64,000 bases of DNA from Candidatus Saccharimonadota bacterium. Its GTDB lineage: Bacteria > Patescibacteriota > Saccharimonadia > Saccharimonadales > JAGQNK01. The position numbers and the translations under genes were made by a program. Positions 47,529-55,706 of this stretch are shown here, piece after piece. The notes below the pieces were generated by a model. That model made no database searches and was not told the DNA's origin. It saw only the letters and a program-made list of their open reading frames with translations. The stretch's first letter is position 1. Each line of letters begins with the position of its first letter. Where the stretch lies: assembly GCA_020428105.1 (NCBI GenBank), contig JAGQNK010000011.1:22203-86202 (forward strand), written 5' to 3'.

Positions 47529-49007
47529 TTATTGTTGCGTCAGTCCACAAAATAGCCACAAACACCCCACCGTCGCTTTCGTCGGCTTGGACTCTGTAGA
47601 GTCACTATCCTTTGTAGCGATAACCTTATAGCTCATAGCAACATTAGGAGTAAATGTAAAATCCATATAATTGGTAGCCTTACCTGAGTATATAACTGTG
47701 TTATTTTGCGTCAATTTATATGTAGTATTTGAATCACTACCCGTTGGAGCTTTCCATTTCACCTGTATGTAGTATTTAACTTGTGACCAATTAAATCCAA
47801 AGGTAAGCTGTGGAGCCTCGATACCACCAAGCGGACTAGTCAACGAAGTATCTGTGTTGGTGTTGGTGTTGGTGTTGGTGTTGGTGTTGGTGTTGGTAGT
47901 ACTAACGGGCGAAGGAATGAATGACGCCACGCCAGACTCGCCGCTACCTATCTTTAGCAACCCTGTTCCGTCACTGTTAATTCTATGCAAGACCTGCTTA
48001 TTGCCTACTTGCTTGAGAAACAATATTTGTTCACCGGATAACGAGAATGTGCCGTTGGAATTTGACCCACCGTCTGCAATTACTGCAGTTGAAGCCAGCG
48101 CACCACTAGCATTTCCCTTCATCAGGTCACATGGACAAATGATATTACTTGACCGAAAGCTCAACCACAAATATGTCTTACCGTCTGGCGATAAGTACGG
48201 ATCAAAATTCCAGTTATCGTCAGTGGTAACCCTTGTTTCTTTTCTGGTAGAATAATCCATACTAAACACGTCTTGCTTTTCGCATATACCGATACAATTC
48301 CATGATCGAATGAATATTATGTGATTCGACTGTGACCAGGATGGATCTGCTACTACAGAATTATGGCCATCAATGTTGGTTGTTTTGGTTATCTGCTCAG
48401 GATTATCCCCGTTTGCATCTATGACAAATAACTGGGAAGTAAGGTTCGGTAATGTAGCTACTAGCACAATCTTTGAAGAGTCAGGTGACCACTCAGCATG
48501 AGCCATACCCGTCCATCCAAACCTATCGCGTTTTGCGGTGCCAACAATCTCCCTCTGGTTTGTTCCGTCAACATCCATGATCCATAACCGATTTGAATGC
48601 GTGGCGAAATTCACAGAAGATCCCTTTGCTGCTTTCATGAACAATATACGTTTTCCATCAGGACTTGGTCTTGACCATTCATGTTCAGTGTTCAAATCAT
48701 TGGTTAATTGCTTCTTATTCTTACCGTCTAAATCGGCTCTGAATATCTGCGTAGTTGCCAAGTCTCCTTTGGCAGCAAACAAAATCCCAATATCAGATTG
48801 AGTATTATGTTTAGACGAAGGTACACTATTCGACACAAGTGGACCAACAGGTACAGATTTACTTGACGTATCTTCAGCCAAAACGGCCAACAAAGCAGTT
48901 ATTCCAACAATCACAAAAGCAATACAGAAAACCAACAACCCATATCGATATCGCATTGTTTGCGACAGATTCTTGGCTTTGTTCATACATGTTTTATCAT
49001 AGCACAA
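47529..49007 (-). CDS. secreted/membrane-anchored TolB-like beta-propeller protein with a C-terminal beta-sandwich (FN3-like) domain
   Basis: N-terminal TM/signal segment, repeated WSPDGK/WSPDSS/LSPDGK (PD40-type) motifs, a (TN)7 linker, and a C-terminal domain. Confidence 0.55.
   Translation of the reverse strand: MCYDKTCMNKAKNLSQTMRYRYGLLVFCIAFVIVGITALLAVLAEDTSSKSVPVGPLVSNSVPSSKHNTQSDIGILFAAKGDLATTQIFRADLDGKNKKQLTNDLNTEHEWSRPSPDGKRILFMKAAKGSSVNFATHSNRLWIMDVDGTNQREIVGTAKRDRFGWTGMAHAEWSPDSSKIVLVATLPNLTSQLFVIDANGDNPEQITKTTNIDGHNSVVADPSWSQSNHIIFIRSWNCIGICEKQDVFSMDYSTRKETRVTTDDNWNFDPYLSPDGKTYLWLSFRSSNIICPCDLMKGNASGALASTAVIADGGSNSNGTFSLSGEQILFLKQVGNKQVLHRINSDGTGLLKIGSGESGVASFIPSPVSTTNTNTNTNTNTNTNTDTSLTSPLGGIEAPQLTFGFNWSQVKYYIQVKWKAPTGSDSNTTYKLTQNNTVIYSGKATNYMDFTFTPNVAMSYKVIATKDSDSTESKPTKATVGCLWLFCGLTQQ
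47855..47896 (-). repeat. hexanucleotide tandem repeat (TGTTGG)7 on the plus strand, (CCAACA)7 on the coding strand, encoding (TN)7
   Basis: Seven perfect tandem copies inside the TolB-like gene. Confidence 0.9.
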
Positions 49008-49047
49008 GTATTATCGTACATCTTCTATGACATCTTCCTTCGATAGC

Positions 49048-50274
49048 TTAGCTTTTGATCTTGCCAATAGCCGCATCCAATTGTGGGTCGCGTCCTTTTT
49101 GTACATCCTCTATGCTTCGTTCTACTTTCTTGTCCGGTTCTATTCCAGTTTTGTCTATATTTTTTCCATTTGGAGTAAACCAACGAGCAATCGTGACTTT
49201 TAGAATTCCTCCATTCGATAACCTCTCTAGCGTTTGCACCGAGCCCTTGCCAAATGATTTTTCTCCCAGCAGTGTAGCAGCGTCGTTATCCCTCAAGGCT
49301 CCTGCCGTAATCTCTGACGCACTAGCGCTTCCTTCGTTAATCAAGACTACTGTCTTGAAATCCTTTAGGATTGCTGGACCATCCGATTCATATGTCTTAA
49401 TGACTTTGCCATCACGCTTTTCTTGCAAAACAGTCTTTCCCTGAGGTAACCAAATGCCAGACAATGACACCGCTGCATCCAATAGTCCACCAGGATTATT
49501 ACGTAAATCCAATACCACACCTTTTACTTGTGTGTCTTTGAATTCTTGAGCCGCCTGACGGGCCAACTCACCAGTTGTCTCGTCAAAACGCGAGACTTGC
49601 AAGTAGCCAATATTACCTTCGAGTATTTTTGATTCGACACTTGGGATACTTATAGTTTCTCTGGTAATTTCGAAATCAAGCTGTTCTCTGCCGTCACGAG
49701 AAACTTTAATCTTAACCTTAGTTCCCTCCTCACCACGGATTTTATCAACAGCATCGCTAACACTCATATCCAGGGCCGATTCACCATTGATTTCAATAAT
49801 CACATCACGGGCCTTCAGCCCTGATTTTTCTGCTGGATATCCCGCTAACGGTGTCTCTACCATCACCATTTTATTCTTGTCTTCCATTAGGCGCGCGCCT
49901 ATGCCGCTAAATGTACCGTTTAATTCCTGATCGAACTCTTTGGCTTCTTTGGGCGTTAAATATTGAGTATATTGATCGCCCGCAGCATTCACGAGACCTT
50001 CCTTGAGGCCTTCGATCAACTCTGCTTCAGTCAATTTACCATCGTAGTTCTCGCGGAGCTTGTCGTACAAAGCCTCGACATCACGATAGTTTAAATTGTC
50101 AGGAAGGTTATTGGAGACGCTATCTGCTCGTCCTCGACCAAGCGATATGTTGCCATTTCCAACACCATAGCCCATGACAAAGACCATAGTCAAGACTACA
50201 ATGATGACGACTAGTCTAGAACGCCAATTAGACTGGCTGGAACTATCTGAAATATTTTGTTGCACTATTATCAA
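49048..50274 (-). CDS. ctpA: S41 carboxyl-terminal processing protease (CtpA/Prc-like) with a PDZ domain
   Basis: N-terminal TM segment, a PDZ domain, and an S41 core (GGILKVTIARWFTPNG, Ser/Lys dyad region). Confidence 0.85.
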   Translation of the reverse strand: MIIVQQNISDSSSQSNWRSRLVVIIVVLTMVFVMGYGVGNGNISLGRGRADSVSNNLPDNLNYRDVEALYDKLRENYDGKLTEAELIEGLKEGLVNAAGDQYTQYLTPKEAKEFDQELNGTFSGIGARLMEDKNKMVMVETPLAGYPAEKSGLKARDVIIEINGESALDMSVSDAVDKIRGEEGTKVKIKVSRDGREQLDFEITRETISIPSVESKILEGNIGYLQVSRFDETTGELARQAAQEFKDTQVKGVVLDLRNNPGGLLDAAVSLSGIWLPQGKTVLQEKRDGKVIKTYESDGPAILKDFKTVVLINEGSASASEITAGALRDNDAATLLGEKSFGKGSVQTLERLSNGGILKVTIARWFTPNGKNIDKTGIEPDKKVERSIEDVQKGRDPQLDAAIGKIKS

Positions 50275-50366
50275 CTCCTCTCAAAAATTGTTGTCATTCA
50301 AGCTCTATTAATTATAGCTTATGCCTGGGCAAAATACGGAACTTATTATGTACTTGCCTGTAGAAG

Positions 50367-51548
50367 CTAGTTCCAAACCCTGTATTGATGACTGGGCAAG
50401 CCATTCAATCCACCATTGTATTCGAGAGAGTAGAAACTATTGCCGGAAACGCTCTTGACGTACATTGCATGGCCCCAGTATCCTGAAGTGCTTATTGCAA
50501 CGTCGCCGGGCATTGGCGATCGATGTACCGAAACGCCTCTAGCATAGGCAGCCGATACCCAATCTCGAGCATTGCCGTAATACATAGGCGCTTCACGGCC
50601 AGATGCTTCTACAGCCCATGCAGCAAAGGATACACACTGTCTTGTACAGTAGCCCCATTTATCCGGACCATCATTATCGACGCATCCGGGTCCTGGGCTC
50701 ATGCCAAAGCCAGCATTTGCATAAGGGTAATTTGCTGGATCGAAGTCTCTTACCGCTCCCTCAAATCGCAAGAAGTAATATCCACCATCAGGATTAAAGT
50801 TTGCTTGACGCTGTGCAGCAATCAACTCTTCAATACGTTTTTGGTTCTTTTCCGTCTTGTTATTGAACGCTTCGCGCTGCGCTTGATTGTACGCAAGCAT
50901 ATCGTGCTGTTTTTGACGACTTGCAGATAGCTGTCCCTGTTGCGCAACCTGTTCTTGTAGCAACAAGTCTACGGCTTCTTTTTGTGATTTCAGCTTAAGT
51001 CTGAGGGCCTGGATTTTCTCCAATGTAACCTTAATCTTATCTTGTACAGAATTGCGGTATTGCTCTTTATCGACAAAATCACTCAAATCTTTGCTGGATG
51101 CCAACATTTCAAGTGTCGAAATATCACCTTCGAGATACATCGCACGGATATTTATTCCTAACAAGTCTTTTTGCTTCTGAAGCTCCTTTTCTGCCTCGGC
51201 TATCTCATTCTTGAGTCTTGCCTGCTGGCTTGTATTCTCATCAATCTTGCCCTGCAAGGCAGCAATTTTAGCGGCTAACTTTTCGATAGCATCTTCGTAA
51301 CCAACCGCCTGCTCTTCCAGGTCGGCAATTTTCTCATCATACTCAGCATTCTCCTGCTGAAGCCGGCTAATCTCGCTAGAGATATTCTCTGCTTTAGCAA
51401 ATGGCGATGCCACAAATCCTACTACCGTCACGGCTATGAGCAACAAAACGAGGACTTTTTGACTAACTGATACTTTATTTTTCATTTTATGTAATTTTTG
51501 TTTGACTTTCGTCTTTGAAATCATACCATACCCAGCCCTAAAGCACAA
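50367..51548 (-). CDS. PcsB/EnvC-like coiled-coil protein with a C-terminal CHAP peptidoglycan hydrolase domain
   Basis: Signal peptide, a long coiled-coil, and a CHAP domain with Cys (GYCTRQCVSFAAWA) and His (GHAMYV). It lies immediately downstream of ftsX. The likely start is internal (MISKTK or MKNKVS). Confidence 0.7.
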   Translation of the reverse strand: MCFRAGYGMISKTKVKQKLHKMKNKVSVSQKVLVLLLIAVTVVGFVASPFAKAENISSEISRLQQENAEYDEKIADLEEQAVGYEDAIEKLAAKIAALQGKIDENTSQQARLKNEIAEAEKELQKQKDLLGINIRAMYLEGDISTLEMLASSKDLSDFVDKEQYRNSVQDKIKVTLEKIQALRLKLKSQKEAVDLLLQEQVAQQGQLSASRQKQHDMLAYNQAQREAFNNKTEKNQKRIEELIAAQRQANFNPDGGYYFLRFEGAVRDFDPANYPYANAGFGMSPGPGCVDNDGPDKWGYCTRQCVSFAAWAVEASGREAPMYYGNARDWVSAAYARGVSVHRSPMPGDVAISTSGYWGHAMYVKSVSGNSFYSLEYNGGLNGLPSHQYRVWN

Positions 51549-51620
51549 CCGTTTTTCACACGTACATGTGACATCACCAGTTATGAGATTAATTACTAAC
51601 TTTTATCGTCGATTGAATGT

Positions 51621-52571
51621 TTATTTGGAAGTCTTAAATTTGAGATATCGCCGCGTAGCAATAGCAGACGAAGCGGCACCAATCAGTATACCAATAGCTA
51701 ATTGCGCAGTCAAAATTACCAAGTAATGATCACTGAAAAAGTTAGCAGCAAACTTAATGTCCAAGACACCCAAACTGCTAGCCTCAAACGCTGACGAAGA
51801 CACCACAAACAAAGAATTACATATCAACACCGACAACAAGGCAGCAATAATACCGTACATCACCGTCTCTACGACAAATGGCCCTCGAATAAACCAAGTA
51901 CTTGCGCCAAGTAGTCGCATAATATGAAGCTCATCACGCCTGTTAAATATTGCCATACGAATGGTATTAAAGATAATCATGATAGACACAATGGTGAAAA
52001 TAATAATTCCGACCACGCCGGCTCTTTGCATAAATGTTGTAGCTTGGGTAATCTTATCAATCGCTACTTTTCTATCTCCGGAGTACGATGTCTCTTCGGA
52101 CTGCAGAGCTTTGATCTCTGGCTTTTCTAAGTATGCTTTGATCTCATCAATCTTATTGGGATCAACTGGCTTGACTTGCAGGCTGGCTGGCAAAGGATTA
52201 TCCGTTTGGGAAATCGCTGCGAGCAAATCTGGATTCTTTTTGTTGGCTTCTTTGTACGCTTCTAGGGCATCTTCCTTGGATATAAATTTAACTTCACGCA
52301 CATTGTTGAAAGCTTTTAATTCATCCATTATTTTTGTACGTTGTTCATCATTCGCCGCTACACTGTCCTTCAGGTAAATTGAAATGTCGATTTTGTTAGT
52401 AATTTGTTGAATAGTATTGTTGAATGTCTGACTAGCAATAACCGAGAACAGAATAATTGTCAGTGTAATCACCATTACGGCAATTGCAGCAATCGCCAAA
52501 GTCAAATTGCGTACAAAATTTTGAGCACCAGTTTTGACAATACGCCACTGTGTAATAAGCCAATGGTTCAT
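51621..52571 (-). CDS. ftsX: cell division permease FtsX
   Basis: 4-TM FtsX topology with a large extracellular loop. It starts 1 nt after ftsE. Confidence 0.85.
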   Translation of the reverse strand: MNHWLITQWRIVKTGAQNFVRNLTLAIAAIAVMVITLTIILFSVIASQTFNNTIQQITNKIDISIYLKDSVAANDEQRTKIMDELKAFNNVREVKFISKEDALEAYKEANKKNPDLLAAISQTDNPLPASLQVKPVDPNKIDEIKAYLEKPEIKALQSEETSYSGDRKVAIDKITQATTFMQRAGVVGIIIFTIVSIMIIFNTIRMAIFNRRDELHIMRLLGASTWFIRGPFVVETVMYGIIAALLSVLICNSLFVVSSSAFEASSLGVLDIKFAANFFSDHYLVILTAQLAIGILIGAASSAIATRRYLKFKTSK

Positions 52572-52572
52572 A

Positions 52573-53265
52573 CTACTTTGTCAATCCTTTGTTGTACTCG
52601 GCATTTGCCCTGTCGCTTACTACTCTGCCGCCTTGTATCGTAACAACTCGGCGCTTGAGCTTATTAACAATTTCTTGATTGTGTGTGGTAAGCAGTACCG
52701 TGGTTCCATACCGGTTAATCTTTTCTAGAACTTTTATTACGTCCCAAGCATGCTTCGGATCCAAATTGCCAGTCGGCTCATCTGCTATCAAGATTTTGGG
52801 CTGGCGAACAATCGCTCTGGCAATTGCCACACGTTGTCTCTCACCACCAGATAGTTCAGCAGGCATACGATTCTCTTTACCCTTTAGGCCCACGATATCT
52901 AACACACGAGGTACGGTATGGTTAATCTCTCTGCTGCCAAATCCAACAATCTCTAGCGCAAAAGCAACGTTTTCAAACACTGTTTTGTTAGGCAATAATT
53001 TGAAGTCCTGAAACACTACACCAATCTTACGACGCAAAAGTGGTATATCTCTGTCCTTGAGCTTGTCGTAATCCAAACCACCAATAACAATTTTGCCCGA
53101 TGATGGCTTTTCTTCTCTAGTCAAGAGCTTTAATAGTGTCGATTTTCCAGCCCCAGAAGTTCCAATAATAATTACGAATTCTTTCTGTTGAACGTGCAAA
53201 GAAATCCGATCAAGTGCCGTATTGTTTCGATTATAAACTTTTGTAACCCTGTCAAGTAGTATCAT
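52573..53265 (-). CDS. ftsE: cell division ATP-binding protein FtsE
   Basis: ABC ATPase with Walker A GTSGAGKST, signature LSGGERQRVAIARA and Walker B ILIADEPT. Confidence 0.9.
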   Translation of the reverse strand: MILLDRVTKVYNRNNTALDRISLHVQQKEFVIIIGTSGAGKSTLLKLLTREEKPSSGKIVIGGLDYDKLKDRDIPLLRRKIGVVFQDFKLLPNKTVFENVAFALEIVGFGSREINHTVPRVLDIVGLKGKENRMPAELSGGERQRVAIARAIVRQPKILIADEPTGNLDPKHAWDVIKVLEKINRYGTTVLLTTHNQEIVNKLKRRVVTIQGGRVVSDRANAEYNKGLTK

Positions 53266-53309
53266 TTACTGGACTAGTATATCAAAAAACTCCTTATGCT
53301 TGAAGCACA

Positions 53310-54467
53310 TTAGGCCTCAAGCGTGAATTCTAGAAATGCGTCGATAAAATCGTCAATTTTTCCATCAAGGACGGCGTCTGGATCGGATGTTTCGTGACGT
53401 GTACGTAGATCTTTTACCTGTTTATATGGATGTAGGACATAGCTACGAATTTGATTACCCCAAGCCGCTTGCTCATTGGGGCCCTTGAGCTGTGCCAAGT
53501 CTTCGAGGTGCTGCTCCATCTGAAGCTGTGCTAGCTTAGAGCGCAGAATTGTCAGTGCAGTTTCTTTATTTTGCAATTGGCTTCGCTCATTTTGAATTGC
53601 CACAACGGTACCAGTTGGCAAGTGAGTTACACGCACAGCGCTATCGGTTGTATTGACACTCTGACCGCCATGGCCACCACTTCGGTAAACATCGATTTTC
53701 AGGTCCTTATCATCGATCACAACGTCACTAGGCTTATCAATCTTTGGCAATATCTCAACTTTTGCAAAACTCGTTTGACGCAAATTGTCGGAATTAAATG
53801 GGCTTAATCTAACTAACCTATGCACTCCATGTTCACTCTTTAATTTGCCAAATGCAAAATTTCCAGAAATCTCAAGCGTCACGCTCTTGATGCCTGCTTC
53901 TTCGCCCACGGACTCATCTACAGTCACAACGTCAAAACCGGCCGCTTCAGCCCAACGAACATACATTCGCAGCAACATTTGTGCCCAATTCTGGGCATCC
54001 GTTCCACCTGCTCCAGCATGAATGCTCAATATCGCGTCGTAACCATCAAACTGACCAGCAAATTTTAGCTGTTGTTTAAGTTCAGTAAACTGGCTTTCCA
54101 ATCCCATCAACTGCTTCTCAATATCGGTTAAAAGCTCTTTGTCGCCCAGACCTATCAACTCAACAACATCCGCCACCGACTTCTCAAGGCCTATCCAGGT
54201 CACCGTCCTTGCCTCTAGTTTGGCGATTTGTTTCATCTTGTCCTGTGCAATAGTGCTGTCATTCCAGAAATCTGGCCTAGCAGACTCAGCGCTCAACTCA
54301 TCTAGCTCGCTTTTCAGCGTCGAAATATTAAGCCTTTCCATAGCACCTCGAACATCTGTCAAGAGCTTCTGTGCCTGTCTGAGCAACTCATCCATATGAA
54401 ATATTATACTTGTTTCCAGAGTGGTTTTATTTGCTGATGCAACTCCTTTACGAAGTCCTCTCCGCAA
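53310..54467 (-). CDS. prfB: peptide chain release factor 2
   Basis: SPF motif (RLSPFNS) and GGQ (SGGHGGQSVNT). The ORF is continuous with no +1 frameshift site. The probable start is the ATG at 54395 (MDELL), with a TATAAT just upstream. Confidence 0.85.
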   Translation of the reverse strand: MRRGLRKGVASANKTTLETSIIFHMDELLRQAQKLLTDVRGAMERLNISTLKSELDELSAESARPDFWNDSTIAQDKMKQIAKLEARTVTWIGLEKSVADVVELIGLGDKELLTDIEKQLMGLESQFTELKQQLKFAGQFDGYDAILSIHAGAGGTDAQNWAQMLLRMYVRWAEAAGFDVVTVDESVGEEAGIKSVTLEISGNFAFGKLKSEHGVHRLVRLSPFNSDNLRQTSFAKVEILPKIDKPSDVVIDDKDLKIDVYRSGGHGGQSVNTTDSAVRVTHLPTGTVVAIQNERSQLQNKETALTILRSKLAQLQMEQHLEDLAQLKGPNEQAAWGNQIRSYVLHPYKQVKDLRTRHETSDPDAVLDGKIDDFIDAFLEFTLEA

Positions 54468-55696
54468 CTTCCTAACGCACCCATTCCACTAATACGTTCG
54501 GCAAACAATTCCCTACTAATCTCGATAATACGTTCTTTGGAAACTGCCTCAATACGTTCAGGAATCTTATAGTAATCATCGATGGTTTCGTCAAAGAAAT
54601 AATGCCCACTATATCCGCTAACCGTACCGCCGACCGTCTGGCCACTTCGCTGATACCGCCCCAAGGCATATTGTTTGGCACTAACAACATCCTGATCAAT
54701 GATATTTCCGTCAAAAACTGCCTGTAGTTCGTTTTCGATAATCTTAAATAACGCCGGTGCATTTTTGGGCATTACCTGTGCCCCAAACCACCAGTTACTA
54801 CTATCCTTTGTCTGCCCAAACCCAGAGCTCATGCCATAAACTAACCCACGCTCTCGTGCTGTTCCCAAAATCCTAGAATAAAGCGTCTCTGTCAGCATCG
54901 TATTTATTAGACTAAGAGCATCGATTTCCGGTTCTTCCATACGACGTCGCATAAAAGTATCAATGTAGAAATAAACGTTTTCTATTGTATCGTTTGCAAT
55001 ATATAGAGGACTTTTCAGGCTCACCGGACTTTCGTGAGGTAGCTCTAGGCGTCCCTCACCCTCTGGTAGCTCAATATTTTCTATGAGGTTTTTAATTATC
55101 TTTCGACGATCTGCAGGCAAGTTGCCACCGATAATAAATCGTAAGTTACTGGCCGTATGAGTTCCTAGGTAATGGGCACGGATGTCATGCAAATTCACAT
55201 TCTCCATAAGCTGCAATCGCTCTTGGTCGGTCTTGACCTTAAACCCATAAGCTTGACGTAGTGCCAAACTCAAATGCCGAAAATGGCTATTACTCCTAGA
55301 ACTTAGCTCTTCGCGTACATTGCCGAACTCTGCCTGGAATTCATCCTCCAGAAACAAAGGCTTTGTAATCGCGATAAGCAACAAGTCGACGATTCTATCC
55401 CACTCAAAATCAGCGCATTCCGCCTCATAGGTGATGTCGTAGCTACCGGTGCTAGCATTACTGTATGCACCGTTTTTTTCGAACTCCGCCTGAAACAACC
55501 GTGCTTTCGGTAAAAGTTCGTTGGCACCGAGCAGTACATGCTCCATCAGATGTGGCGTTTCCCACTTATCTGGTTCTACTAGGTACTCGCCCGCCCGGAA
55601 ATTCATCTCAAATGTCATTACAGTAGCATCAGGCACATGAACGAACAGACCTTTGGCACCGTTTTTCAAAGACACTTCGTGTGTCGTATGTTTCAT
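54404..55696 (-). CDS. M16-family zinc peptidase (insulinase-like, HxxEH)
   Basis: The inverted zinc motif HLMEHVLLG near the N-terminus. 430 aa, single M16 unit. Confidence 0.8.
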   Translation of the reverse strand: MKHTTHEVSLKNGAKGLFVHVPDATVMTFEMNFRAGEYLVEPDKWETPHLMEHVLLGANELLPKARLFQAEFEKNGAYSNASTGSYDITYEAECADFEWDRIVDLLLIAITKPLFLEDEFQAEFGNVREELSSRSNSHFRHLSLALRQAYGFKVKTDQERLQLMENVNLHDIRAHYLGTHTASNLRFIIGGNLPADRRKIIKNLIENIELPEGEGRLELPHESPVSLKSPLYIANDTIENVYFYIDTFMRRRMEEPEIDALSLINTMLTETLYSRILGTARERGLVYGMSSGFGQTKDSSNWWFGAQVMPKNAPALFKIIENELQAVFDGNIIDQDVVSAKQYALGRYQRSGQTVGGTVSGYSGHYFFDETIDDYYKIPERIEAVSKERIIEISRELFAERISGMGALGSCGEDFVKELHQQIKPLWKQV

Positions 55697-55706
55697 AGGA
55701 TTTCTG

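Noticed and set aside
47855-47896. CRISPR-like array
   Set aside because: It is a 6-bp microsatellite inside a coding region with no spacers, so it is not CRISPR. No other repeat-spacer arrays were seen.
53310-54467. Programmed +1 frameshift in prfB
   Set aside because: The ORF is continuous across the equivalent of the shift site, and there is no CTTTGAC-like motif with an upstream SD.
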